From assembly GCA_964437545.1 (NCBI GenBank), contig CAYTHH010000002.1, forward strand, positions 1 to 60,754: a DNA stretch of 60,754 bases, written 5' to 3'. Every line of letters starts with the position of its first letter. The stretch's first letter is position 1. Below the pieces are notes generated by a model. That model was given only the letters and a program-made list of their open reading frames with translations, was not told the DNA's origin and made no database searches. Positions 7,257-15,903 of the stretch are shown in pieces. A program made the translations under genes and the position numbers. Source of the stretch: an uncultured Candidatus Saccharibacteria bacterium. GTDB lineage: Bacteria > Patescibacteriota > Minisyncoccia > Minisyncoccales > GWA2-46-15.

Positions 7257-7706
7257 ATGAGAAAAATTGTCATTTGTGGTTCAATGGCTTTTAGCCAAGC
7301 GATGATTAATACTGAAAAAGAGCTCAAAGCTTATGGCTTTGAAGTTGTTTTACCAGATGATATTGAGCAATATATTGATGGAAAGTGGGAGAAAAAACTT
7401 GCTTCAGGCTGGAACTCTCAAGTAGAAGGCGCTAAGAGAAAAATTGAAAACAATCTTATTAAAAGGCACTACGAAGAAATAAAAAATGCTGATGCTATTC
7501 TGGTTATCAATCAAAATAAGAAAGGAATTAAAAACTATATAGGTGGCAACACTTTCTTAGAAATGAGTTTTGCCTTCGTACTTAATAAAAACATCTTTGT
7601 TTTAAATAGGCTTCCGGAAGAGCTGACTCTAATTTACCAAGAATTAGTAGCTATGCAACCAATAGTTCTTGAGGGTGATTTAACCAAGATTACTGATAAT
7701 TTTTAA
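7257..7706 (+). CDS. hypothetical protein, possibly nucleoside 2-deoxyribosyltransferase-like fold
   Basis: N-terminal KIVICGSMAF resembles the Rossmann-like start of the Rcl/NDT family. Weak, motif-level only. Confidence 0.3.
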   Translation: MRKIVICGSMAFSQAMINTEKELKAYGFEVVLPDDIEQYIDGKWEKKLASGWNSQVEGAKRKIENNLIKRHYEEIKNADAILVINQNKKGIKNYIGGNTFLEMSFAFVLNKNIFVLNRLPEELTLIYQELVAMQPIVLEGDLTKITDNF

Positions 7707-7709
7707 GCC

Positions 7710-7747
7710 AAATAAGTTCTAACATTGTCGCCTAGGCGGAGCTTACC
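7710..7747 (+). repeat. cassette-boundary element k (box only)
   Basis: AAATAAGTTCTAACATTGTCGCCTAGGCGGAGC. It is followed by a TTGACA-17-TATCTT promoter-like sequence instead of the usual 3' module. Confidence 0.7.
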
Positions 7748-7817
7748 TTTGACAAATACCACATTTAGTGGTATCTTGTGTTTAGATTATTCGATCACAA
7801 ATCCTGAGGAGGATAAA

Positions 7818-8045
7818 ATGAAAGCTTCGGAACTTCTTGAACTCTCGGAGGAAGAACTTGAGAGATTGAGAGATAAAAAAACCATGCCATTAGGGATATA
7901 CGATCATTATGTAGAGGGACTGAAGTTTTTTGCAAAGAATATGGGCATAACCTTAGAAAAGGCTATTGAGCTTACATTTGCCAGCAATGATGAGCACAGT
8001 GTTCATTATATAATGGCGTATCAACATTTAAGGGGGAAGCGTTAA
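7818..8045 (+). CDS. hypothetical small helical protein (75 aa)
   Basis: SD GAGGAGG lies 6 nt before the ATG at 7818. The ORF-track N-terminal extension runs through the repeat box and is rejected. Confidence 0.55.
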   Translation: MKASELLELSEEELERLRDKKTMPLGIYDHYVEGLKFFAKNMGITLEKAIELTFASNDEHSVHYIMAYQHLRGKR

Positions 8046-8048
8046 CAG

Positions 8049-8089
8049 ACCGCCGAGAATATTATAATATTCCGGCGGTTGTTGTTTTT
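8049..8089 (+). terminator. rho-independent terminator
   Basis: ACCGCCGAGAATATT-ATAATATTCCGGCGGT followed by TGTTGTTTTT. Confidence 0.7.
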
Positions 8090-8094
8090 ATATC

Positions 8095-8181
8095 AAACAG
8101 GTTCTAACATCGTCCCATAGCCTAGGCAAGATTAAGCTCAAAAGATCGCTTTTTAAGCGGTTTTTTGGTAAGATAAAATAT
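8095..8181 (+). repeat. cassette-boundary element l
   Basis: AAACAGGTTCTAACATCGTCCCATAGCCTAGGCAAGATTAAGCTC, then ATCGC-TTTTTAA-GCGGT-TTTTTT-GGTAAGAT-AAAATAT-ATG. Confidence 0.85.
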
Positions 8182-8379
8182 ATGGAAGAAGAAATTCTAA
8201 AGAAAATTGAAGCCCAAGATAAAAAGCTAGAAGAGATTTATCATTCTATTGAGAAAATGAGGAAGTATTTTCTCTGGACACTCATTATAACGGTGGCTTT
8301 GATTGTTCTACCGATAATTGGTTTAATATTTGCTATTCCTAAATTCCTGGATATTTACAGTAATGCTCTTATTTTTTAG
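8182..8379 (+). CDS. small membrane protein (65 aa)
   Basis: N-terminal charged helix, then one long TM segment (LWTLIITVALIVLPIIGLIFAIP). Confidence 0.5.
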   Translation: MEEEILKKIEAQDKKLEEIYHSIEKMRKYFLWTLIITVALIVLPIIGLIFAIPKFLDIYSNALIF

Positions 8380-8430
8380 ACCATGTCAGTTGATTAAAAA
8401 TACCCTAAATTAAGAACTATTCTATATAAA

Positions 8431-8455
8431 AATAAAGTTCTAATGTCGATCCGAG
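8431..8455 (+). repeat. cassette-boundary element m (degenerate last box)
   Basis: AATAAAGTTCTAATGTCGATCC. Confidence 0.55.
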
Positions 8456-8468
8456 GCTAATCCAAATA

Positions 8469-8499
8469 TTGACAAGCCCTTGTGATCAGAGTATATAAT
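8469..8499 (+). promoter_or_regulatory. sigma70-type promoter
   Basis: TTGACA (8469-8474), 17-nt spacer, TATATA (8492-8497), overlapping TATAAT. Confidence 0.6.
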
Positions 8500-8606
8500 A
8501 AATATCATATGAAAATCCAATCCATTAAAAAATATTATGCTTTTAAGACTCTCTCATCCGCAGGGCTGGGTTTTTAAAGATAAATAAAAATTTTAAAGAC
8601 AAACTT

Positions 8607-8630
8607 AGCCTCCTGCTGGAGGTTTTTTTA
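8607..8630 (+). terminator. short intrinsic terminator / attenuator inside the leader of 8818..9750
   Basis: AGCCTCC-TGCT-GGAGGTT followed by TTTTTT. Confidence 0.55.
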
Positions 8631-8817
8631 ATTCGATGAACAAACAAATCAAAAAACTGAATAATTCTAACTTTAATTATTACTACTACGGCATCATTTT
8701 CCAGAGGCCAGTTTCGGAATGCCGAAGTAGTCACAGCTCCTAAAAACATTTCGACTTCTAAAACTGGTCTCGCGGAGATCAGTTTTAGTTCATTGATATA
8801 GTTAAAAGGAGAATAAA

Positions 8818-9750
8818 ATGATAAACGAAAACGTCAATCTAAGTGAGTGTAACGGAATCATGGTTACTCTCGACAGCGCCCGCTATGACACAGCAGTGAG
8901 CGCTCAAATGCAAAACCTCAGTAAAATAGGGGAATTGCATCGGGGATACACTCTGTCTACATACACCCCGGCAGCCCACACCTCCATTTTTCTTGGACAC
9001 CTTCCGTCAACAAGAATAGATGGAAAATTCCCATACTACCACGAACCGGCAAAACAGCTATGGAGAATTACTACTGGGCCAGCCCGCGACGCCAATAAGG
9101 GTTGCGGCATCCTGTTTCATGGAAACAATGTCATCGAGGGCTACCGCAGAATGAATACTTATGTCCTCGGCATTGGCGGAGTCTCCCAGTTTTCAAGTAA
9201 AAGCTTCTTAAGAGAAGCCTATCCTTGGACTAACTTTATCTATTATGGTCCGGATATGAATGAAGAGCCTTTAGCGCCAAGAAATCCAGAAACATTTCCG
9301 CTAAATCATGTAGAAGAAATAGCTGAAACGCTAAGGGGAAAAGAACAATGGTTTTTGTTCATCAATTGTCCAGAACCCCACTATCCGTATGACTGGGGAA
9401 AAGGAATTGATGACAAAATCATGAATATCTTCCCACAACTGGCCAAAACCCTTAATCTGCGATCCTTGACCGCTCCAATTGAGGCGTTTGAAGCATTAAA
9501 ACCGTTTGCTGATGACTTATGGCAAATGCAGGAAAAAGGCTTAAGGGCAATTGACTTGAAACTGGAATTTCTTTTCCGCAACCTTAAACAAATCTCAGAA
9601 CGACCGATCTATGCTGTGGTCTGCGGGGATCATGGAGAAAACTTCGGAGATGGAAACTCTGAAGCCGGAGGGTCTCCGCTCGGCCTTTATGGCCATATGC
9701 ACCCATCTAGAGAATGCACACAAGTGCCAATGTGGATGGGAATGCTCTAA
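8818..9750 (+). CDS. alkaline phosphatase superfamily (sulfatase / nucleotide pyrophosphatase-like) metalloenzyme
   Basis: MVTLDSARYD, TPAAHTSIFLG and VVCGDHGENFGD...GHMHP fit the metal-ligand/nucleophile layout of this superfamily. SD AAAGGAG. GC is higher than in its neighbours. Confidence 0.5.
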   Translation: MINENVNLSECNGIMVTLDSARYDTAVSAQMQNLSKIGELHRGYTLSTYTPAAHTSIFLGHLPSTRIDGKFPYYHEPAKQLWRITTGPARDANKGCGILFHGNNVIEGYRRMNTYVLGIGGVSQFSSKSFLREAYPWTNFIYYGPDMNEEPLAPRNPETFPLNHVEEIAETLRGKEQWFLFINCPEPHYPYDWGKGIDDKIMNIFPQLAKTLNLRSLTAPIEAFEALKPFADDLWQMQEKGLRAIDLKLEFLFRNLKQISERPIYAVVCGDHGENFGDGNSEAGGSPLGLYGHMHPSRECTQVPMWMGML

Positions 9751-9756
9751 AATCTG

Positions 9757-9800
9757 GGCCTCCGTAAGAAAAAACTTACGGGGGCCTAGAACTATCTTTT
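9757..9800 (+). terminator. rho-independent terminator
   Basis: 12-bp stem GGCCTCCGTAAG-AAAAAA-CTTACGGGGGCC, then a T-rich tail. Confidence 0.6.
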
Positions 9801-9833
9801 ATTTTAACTTATATTAAAAATTAATTAAAAAAC

Positions 9834-10703
9834 ATGAAATTAAATCAAAATCCCTTTATAGTTATTCTAGGCATTATTCAAGATGGCGGCCTGCCTCAAT
9901 GCGGCTGTAAAAGATTATGCTGTAAAAAAGCTTGGAAAAAACCGTCTTTAAGAAAATGGGTGGCTAGCTTGGCTATTATTGATCCAAAAACAAAACAAAG
10001 ATGGCTGATTGATGCCACTCCGGATTTCAAGCATCAGCTAGCTTTTTTAGACCAGGTCTTTTCGGTCAAGAAAAAATCTCCTGGGCTTGCTGGCATATTC
10101 TTAACCCACGGGCATGCCGGGCATTATACTGGTCTTTTGTGTTTTGAAAAATCTACCTTAAACAGCAAAAATGTTTTGGTTTGGACAATGCCTAAAATGG
10201 AAAAACTATTAAAAAATAACATTCCCTGGAAAGGCCTTGTGAAAGGAAAGAATATTGCAATTAAAAAGCTTTGTAAAAATAAAGAAGTGGCTTTAAATAA
10301 CAATCTTTCTGTTTTGCCGTTTCTGGTTTCTCATCGTGACGAATTTACGGAAACAATTGGTTTTTTTATTAAGGGTCCGAATAAAACCTGTTTATTTGTT
10401 CCAGACATTGATAATTGGCAAAATATTGAAGAAAAGATTTTAAAATCTGACATTGCTTTTTTAGACGGCACATTTTTTGAGCCAAAAGAAATACCAAACC
10501 GAGATATTTCAAAAATTCCTCATCCATTAATAAAAGAAAGTATTAAGCGTTTTGCTGATTTACCCTTGAAAGAAAAACAGAAGATACACTTTATCCATTT
10601 TAACCACACTAATCCCGTTCTCGTTAAAAACAGCCGGGCACAAAAATTAATCAAGAAAAATCATTTTAGAATAGCAAAACAAGGACAAGAATTTTCGCTT
10701 TAA
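9834..10703 (+). CDS. MBL-fold metallo-hydrolase, PqqB/PhnP-like
   Basis: HxHxDH-type motif FLTHGHAGHYTGL. N-terminal ILGIIQDGGLPQCGC resembles the PqqB family. Confidence 0.65.
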   Translation: MKLNQNPFIVILGIIQDGGLPQCGCKRLCCKKAWKKPSLRKWVASLAIIDPKTKQRWLIDATPDFKHQLAFLDQVFSVKKKSPGLAGIFLTHGHAGHYTGLLCFEKSTLNSKNVLVWTMPKMEKLLKNNIPWKGLVKGKNIAIKKLCKNKEVALNNNLSVLPFLVSHRDEFTETIGFFIKGPNKTCLFVPDIDNWQNIEEKILKSDIAFLDGTFFEPKEIPNRDISKIPHPLIKESIKRFADLPLKEKQKIHFIHFNHTNPVLVKNSRAQKLIKKNHFRIAKQGQEFSL

Positions 10704-10747
10704 GAGTTTAGGCCTAGGTTTTTATTGTGCTATAATAAATCAATATT

Positions 10748-11845
10748 ATGACCACAAAAGAAAAATTAGACCTCGTCAACCAAGTTGGCGAAGAAATTGT
10801 CACCAAGGCAGAACTTGAATCTCTGCTTGAAAAGGAAAAGAACTTGATTGCCTATGACGGCTTTGAACCCTCAGGACAAATCCATATTGCCCAGGGGATT
10901 TTAAGAGCTATTAATATTAACAAGATGACTAAGGCTGGAATCAAGTTCAAGATGCTGGTAGCTGACTGGCATGCCATGACTAATGATAAAATGGGTGGTG
11001 ATTTGGAAAAGATTAAGATTGTTGGTAAATATTTTATTGAAGTCTGGAAGGCCTGCGGCATGGACTTGAAAAACATAAAATTTGTTTGGGCTTCAGACTT
11101 GGTCAAAGACAGTAATTATTGGGAGCTAGTCTTGAGAATAGGCAGAACCAATAAACTAGCCCGCTTCATCAGAACTGCTGAATTCATGGGAAGGGAAGCA
11201 GCCGCAGAAACTCTGTCTGCTGCCCAGTTATTTTATCCTTGCATGCAAGCTGCTGACATTTTCACTTTAGGAGCTAAAATTACTCAATTGGGCATGGACC
11301 AAAGAAAGGTTAATATGTTGGCTCGAGAAATCGGACCACAGCTCGGTTTTTGGAAACCGGTAGTAGTTTCTCACCACATGCTCATGGGCCTGGGACAACC
11401 TTTAGCTAATAAAACAGCAAACAAAGCATCGCGCACTATTGCTTTAAAAATGTCGAAATCAAATCCCGACCATGCCATTTTCATGACTGACAACAAAGAA
11501 GATATTGAGCGGAAAATCAATAAAGCCTGGTGTCCGGAAGGGGAGATCAGGGAAAATCCGATTCTAGAATACTGCCAATATATTATTTTTGAATCCTTTA
11601 ACAAGCTCGGGATTAACGAAATAAAAATTGACAGACCAGCCAAGTTTGGCGGATCAGTTACTATCAAATCATTTTCTGAATTAGAAAACCTGTTTGCTAA
11701 AAAAGAGATTCATCCTCAAGATTTGAAAAAAGCGACGGCTAATCTCATCGACCAATTAATAACGCCTGTCAGACAGCATTTTACTAAAAACAACAACGCT
11801 AAAAAACTTTTAGAGCAAGTAAAAAGTTTCGGGGTAACAAGATAG
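10748..11845 (+). CDS. tyrS: tyrosine--tRNA ligase, archaeal/eukaryal type
   Basis: YDGFEPSGQIHIAQG and KMSKS. The C-terminal RPAKFGGSVTIKSFSELENLFAKKEIHPQDLK closely parallels Methanocaldococcus TyrRS. Confidence 0.9.
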   Translation: MTTKEKLDLVNQVGEEIVTKAELESLLEKEKNLIAYDGFEPSGQIHIAQGILRAININKMTKAGIKFKMLVADWHAMTNDKMGGDLEKIKIVGKYFIEVWKACGMDLKNIKFVWASDLVKDSNYWELVLRIGRTNKLARFIRTAEFMGREAAAETLSAAQLFYPCMQAADIFTLGAKITQLGMDQRKVNMLAREIGPQLGFWKPVVVSHHMLMGLGQPLANKTANKASRTIALKMSKSNPDHAIFMTDNKEDIERKINKAWCPEGEIRENPILEYCQYIIFESFNKLGINEIKIDRPAKFGGSVTIKSFSELENLFAKKEIHPQDLKKATANLIDQLITPVRQHFTKNNNAKKLLEQVKSFGVTR

Positions 11846-11941
11846 GAACGTAACTTAAAAGAATTTAAAGCAAAATGAAGCTCCAGTCTGTCTGTAAGGT
11901 ATTTATTATTTTTATTGTCGCCCAAAGGCGACTTCAGATAA

Positions 11942-14368
11942 ATGGCACTGTTAGACAAAATCTTTGGGGATCCGAATAAAAAATACTTAAAAAGTCTGGC
12001 CCCTCTTATTGAAAAAATCAATTCACTCGAAAAGGAAATTGAAGCTTTTAGTAGTGAAAAGCTAAAAGAGAAGTCTTTAGGATTGAAAGAAAGGGTTGGG
12101 AAAGGAGAATTTCTAGACTCAATCCTTTCCGAAGCTTTTGCCTTAGTCAGAGAAGCTGCAAAAAGAAATTTAAAACAAAGGCATTTTGACGTTCAGCTTT
12201 TAGGGGGAATTGTCTTGCATCAAGGTAAAATTGCCCAGATGCTGACCGGAGAAGGGAAAACCCTGGCAGCCACTCTGCCATTGTATTTAAACGCTCTGGA
12301 GCAAAAGGGTTGCCATTTAGTAACAGTTAACGATTACTTAGCTAAAAGAGACGCTATTTGGATGGGTCAGATATATAATGCCTTAGGGCTCACTACGGGC
12401 TGCATTACCCAGCAAGGCTCTTTTATATATGACCCCAACTACAAGGAAGAAGACATTGAGGAGAAAGACAGGCAAAGAGATGAAACCGGCAGCTTTAAAA
12501 TTATCGAAGATTTCTTAAGGCCATGCACTAAAAAAGAGGCTTATGAAGCTGAGATTACTTATGGCACCAATAATGAATTTGGCTTTGATTATTTAAGAGA
12601 TAACATGGTTTATGATCTTAAAAATAAAAGCCAAAGAGATTTTAACTTTGCTATTGTTGACGAAGTTGACTCCATTCTTATTGACGAAGCTAGAACTCCG
12701 CTTATTATTTCCGCTCCAGAGCAAGAGCCCTCAAAAATGTACCAGGAATTTTCCAAAATCATTCCCAGTTTAAAAAAAGACGAAGATTATCAAATAGATG
12801 AAAAGTTAAGGGTGGTAACTCTGACCGAAGAAGGAATAAACCATGTTGAAAAGATAATGGGTTTACAAGATATTTACCAGCAATGGGGCATTAAGCAATT
12901 ACATCATCTTGAACAATCCTTAAAAGCTGAAACTCTTTTTGAGAAAGATAAAGACTATGTTGTTAAAAATAATCAGATCTTAATTGTCGACGAATTCACC
13001 GGCAGGATCTTGCCAGGCCGAAGATGGTCAGGTGGCTTACACCAGGCAGTTGAAGCTAAAGAGAGAGTTACGGTTCAACCAGAATCCCTAACCCTAGGAA
13101 CAATCACTTTCCAGAATTACTTTAGAATGTATAAAAAGCTCTCGGGCATGACTGGCACAGCCTTAACCTCAGCAGAAGAGTTTGCCAAGGTTTACAACTT
13201 GGAAGCAATCAGTATTCCTACCAACCGTCCTTTGGTTAGAAAAGATCTTAGCGACAAAGTTTTAAAATCAGAAAGTGGAAAATATAAGGCCCTGATTAAG
13301 GAAATTAAAGAAAAACATGAAAAGGGCCAGCCAATGTTGGTTGGCACCAGGTCAGTTCAAAAAAACGAATATTTAGGAGAGTTATTAAATAGAGAGGGTG
13401 TTCCTCACCAGATTCTTAACGCTAAACATCATGAACAAGAAGGTCAAATCATTGCCCAGGCAGGCCAGATTGGCGCCGTTACCATTGCCACTAATATGGC
13501 GGGTCGGGGAGTGGATATTATTCTAGGAGGCAATCCCCCAAATCCAGCTCAAGCAGAAAAAGTAAAGGAGTTGGGCGGTCTGCACATCATTGGCACCGAA
13601 CGCCATGACGCCAGAAGAATAGACGACCAATTAAGAGGACGAAGTGGCCGGCAAGGAGATCCGGGATCCTCCCAATTTTTCTTATCCCTGGAAGACGATC
13701 TCTTAAGAATCTTTGGCGGGGAAACCATTCAGAAAATGATGGAAGCTTTAAAGATTCCCGAGGACGAACCAATTGAAGCTTCAATGGTTTCCAAGGCTAT
13801 TGAAGAAGCTCAGTCCAGAATTGAGGGGTTTAACCTTGATATGAGGTCCCATGTTTTAGAATATGACGACGTTATTAATAAACACCGGGAAACAATTTAC
13901 AGGAAAAGAAAAGAAATTCTTGAGAAAACGAAGGAAGAAATATCTTCTTACGCTTTAGAACTGCTTGAGAAAAACAATTTTAATAAAGAAAACTATCAAA
14001 AAAAGCAGCAAGGGGTCGGCTCAGACAACTTTTGGCAAATTGAAAAGTTTATCTTTTTAAAAGTCATTGATAATCTCTGGATAGATCACTTGGAAAATCT
14101 CCAGACCTTACAAGATGCGGTTAGACTAAGAGCTTACGGTCAGAAAGATCCTTTAGTTGAATTCAAAAATGAAGCCCATAAAATGTTTCAATCCTTGTTA
14201 ACGGTGTTTGAAGCTGAAGCTGCTAAATTTCTTAACGACGTTAAACCGTCTCTGCAAACAAGGGCACCAGCTGTTTCAACCAGCGTTCCTGGAGAAAAAA
14301 GAATCGGCCGGAATGATCCTTGTCCATGTGGTTCAGGTAAAAAATACAAGAAATGTTGCGGTCGCTAA
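11942..14368 (+). CDS. secA: preprotein translocase ATPase SecA
   Basis: Full-length SecA motifs (MLTGEGKTL, DEVDSILIDEARTPLIIS, TNMAGRGVDI) and a C-terminal zinc motif CPCGSGKKYKKCCG. Confidence 0.97.
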   Translation: MALLDKIFGDPNKKYLKSLAPLIEKINSLEKEIEAFSSEKLKEKSLGLKERVGKGEFLDSILSEAFALVREAAKRNLKQRHFDVQLLGGIVLHQGKIAQMLTGEGKTLAATLPLYLNALEQKGCHLVTVNDYLAKRDAIWMGQIYNALGLTTGCITQQGSFIYDPNYKEEDIEEKDRQRDETGSFKIIEDFLRPCTKKEAYEAEITYGTNNEFGFDYLRDNMVYDLKNKSQRDFNFAIVDEVDSILIDEARTPLIISAPEQEPSKMYQEFSKIIPSLKKDEDYQIDEKLRVVTLTEEGINHVEKIMGLQDIYQQWGIKQLHHLEQSLKAETLFEKDKDYVVKNNQILIVDEFTGRILPGRRWSGGLHQAVEAKERVTVQPESLTLGTITFQNYFRMYKKLSGMTGTALTSAEEFAKVYNLEAISIPTNRPLVRKDLSDKVLKSESGKYKALIKEIKEKHEKGQPMLVGTRSVQKNEYLGELLNREGVPHQILNAKHHEQEGQIIAQAGQIGAVTIATNMAGRGVDIILGGNPPNPAQAEKVKELGGLHIIGTERHDARRIDDQLRGRSGRQGDPGSSQFFLSLEDDLLRIFGGETIQKMMEALKIPEDEPIEASMVSKAIEEAQSRIEGFNLDMRSHVLEYDDVINKHRETIYRKRKEILEKTKEEISSYALELLEKNNFNKENYQKKQQGVGSDNFWQIEKFIFLKVIDNLWIDHLENLQTLQDAVRLRAYGQKDPLVEFKNEAHKMFQSLLTVFEAEAAKFLNDVKPSLQTRAPAVSTSVPGEKRIGRNDPCPCGSGKKYKKCCGR

Positions 14369-14478
14369 CGCCCCTGCCCCATTTCTTGAATCCCACGGCT
14401 GTGCCGTGGGATATAAACAGACAACGCGCAATCCTGGAGTTCCACCACAGGGCGGATACTACTGGAACAAGTATTGTT

Positions 14479-15024
14479 ATGGAAAATAAGAATAATAAAT
14501 CTATAATTGGATTAAAACGGGGGACAGTTGAATTAGTTAGCTATAATCCAAAATGGAAACAAAGCTTCAGATGTGAAGAAAAAAAGATACGCAAAGTTTT
14601 TGGTCAAGATGCACTAGAAATTCAACACGTCGGAAGCACGGCTATTCCAGGGATACTGGCCAAGCCAATCATTGATATCGCCATAGTTGTTCCATCTTTG
14701 CAAAAAGCAAAACGTTACAAGAAAAAACTAAAAGAAATAGGTTACGAAATAAAGAAAAAGGATCCTAAAAAAGAAAGATTGTTTTTTACAAAAGGCCCGG
14801 AAAGAAAACGGACACACTATCTTCATATCGGTAAGATTGGCAGCGGTTATACCGAAGACATGATTCTATTTAAGAATTATCTTTGTTACCATAAAGGCTC
14901 AGCAAAAAAATATTCTGATTTAAAGAAAAAATTGGGCAAGCAATATCAAAATGAAAGAGGAATTTATACTGCAAAAAAAGAAAAAATAATTAAAGAAATA
15001 CTCAAAAGAGTAAAAAATCCATAG
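14479..15024 (+). CDS. GrpB family protein
   Basis: HVGSTAIPGILAKPIIDI and HYLHI motifs of GrpB/UPF0157. Start moved to the ATG at 14479, because the upstream extension overlaps secA. Confidence 0.75.
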   Translation: MENKNNKSIIGLKRGTVELVSYNPKWKQSFRCEEKKIRKVFGQDALEIQHVGSTAIPGILAKPIIDIAIVVPSLQKAKRYKKKLKEIGYEIKKKDPKKERLFFTKGPERKRTHYLHIGKIGSGYTEDMILFKNYLCYHKGSAKKYSDLKKKLGKQYQNERGIYTAKKEKIIKEILKRVKNP

Positions 15025-15093
15025 GCGCGAAGAAGTTGCTATAGAGGCATATAATAGTTGATATGTCAGAACTCTGTTCTGTCATAATACAAG

Positions 15094-15903
15094 ATGAATA
15101 AGCTTGGAAATCCTAAAAAACTGAGAAATATTTTTTTGTTAATCCTAGTAGGGGTAATTATTATTGCCATGAACTATACTGGTTTAGGATTAAGAACTAA
15201 AGATCTTTTTTTAACTGTTTCTTCTCCATTACAAGCTTTTTTTTGGCAACAAGGCCAGGACTTGAACCACTTCATTGATAAATTAAAAGGCATTAATTCC
15301 CTTGAGGGAGAAAACTCTTATTTAAAGCTGGAAAATCAAAGATTAAGGGCAGAGTTAGCTAATCTCTTAGAATTAAAGAATGAGAATCAGGAGCTGAGAA
15401 AAGCTCTGGATATTGGTTTAGAAAAAGAGTTTGAGATGACGATGGCCAATGTTATCAGTAAAGACCCTTTTCAAGATGTCGTTGTCATTGACAAAGGATC
15501 AAATGATGGTATTTCTGTTAATTTTCCCGTCATTAGTCCGCAAAAAAACTTGATCGGCAGAGTCGAAGAATCCTTTCCCAACTTTTCTAGAATTATTTTA
15601 ACTTCTAACAAAAGAAGTTTGATCAGCGCCAAGATAAGCAATCAGGAAGAAACTATTGGCGTTGCTAATGGAGAAGGCAATTTAAAATTGGCTTTTGACT
15701 TAATCCTTCAGGATAATAAAATTGAGAAGGGAAGTTTGGTTCTGACTACTTCGCTCGGCAATATCTTTCCTAAGGGTTTATTGATTGGAGAAATCAAAAG
15801 TATTGATTATTCAGACGTTAAGCCCTTTCAAACCGCCCAAATAGATTCTGGCCTTGACTTAAATAAACTGAGCTCTGTTTTCGTCATCACTAACTTAAAA
15901 TGA
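15094..15903 (+). CDS. mreC: rod shape-determining protein MreC
   Basis: N-terminal TM, coiled coil (ENQRLRAELANLLELKNENQELR), C-terminal beta domains. Followed by mreD and mrdA. Confidence 0.85.
   Translation: MNKLGNPKKLRNIFLLILVGVIIIAMNYTGLGLRTKDLFLTVSSPLQAFFWQQGQDLNHFIDKLKGINSLEGENSYLKLENQRLRAELANLLELKNENQELRKALDIGLEKEFEMTMANVISKDPFQDVVVIDKGSNDGISVNFPVISPQKNLIGRVEESFPNFSRIILTSNKRSLISAKISNQEETIGVANGEGNLKLAFDLILQDNKIEKGSLVLTTSLGNIFPKGLLIGEIKSIDYSDVKPFQTAQIDSGLDLNKLSSVFVITNLK

Noticed and set aside
2641-8455. Calling the boundary elements canonical integron attC sites
   Set aside because: The R''-like TTCTAAC is only a 6/7 match. I found no complementary GTTRRRY R' box at the 3' side, only a weak TTCTA/TAGAA complementarity with GGTAGAA. 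No IntI gene or attI site is visible. The array is kept as integron-like in architecture only.
8543-8749. 68-aa minus-strand ORF in the leader region
   Set aside because: It has no start context and an odd composition. It overlaps the plus-strand promoter-terminator-hairpin arrangement, which explains the region better.
14369-14478. GC-rich 110-nt spacer between secA and grpB with two hairpins (CCCACGG-CTGTG-CCGTGGG and GTTCCA...TGGAAC)
   Set aside because: No T-tract, no promoter, and no similarity I could see to the other repeats. It cannot be assigned from sequence alone. It might be a terminator-like structure or a remnant, and is noted only.
14353-14478. N-terminal extensions given by the ORF track (14353, 1859, 4893, 7725, 18217, 18894, 40776, 54647)
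   Set aside because: The extensions overlap upstream genes or repeat boxes, or consist of junk-like sequence. Internal ATGs with better context (an SD or an adjacent -10, or a conserved protein N-terminus) were used instead.
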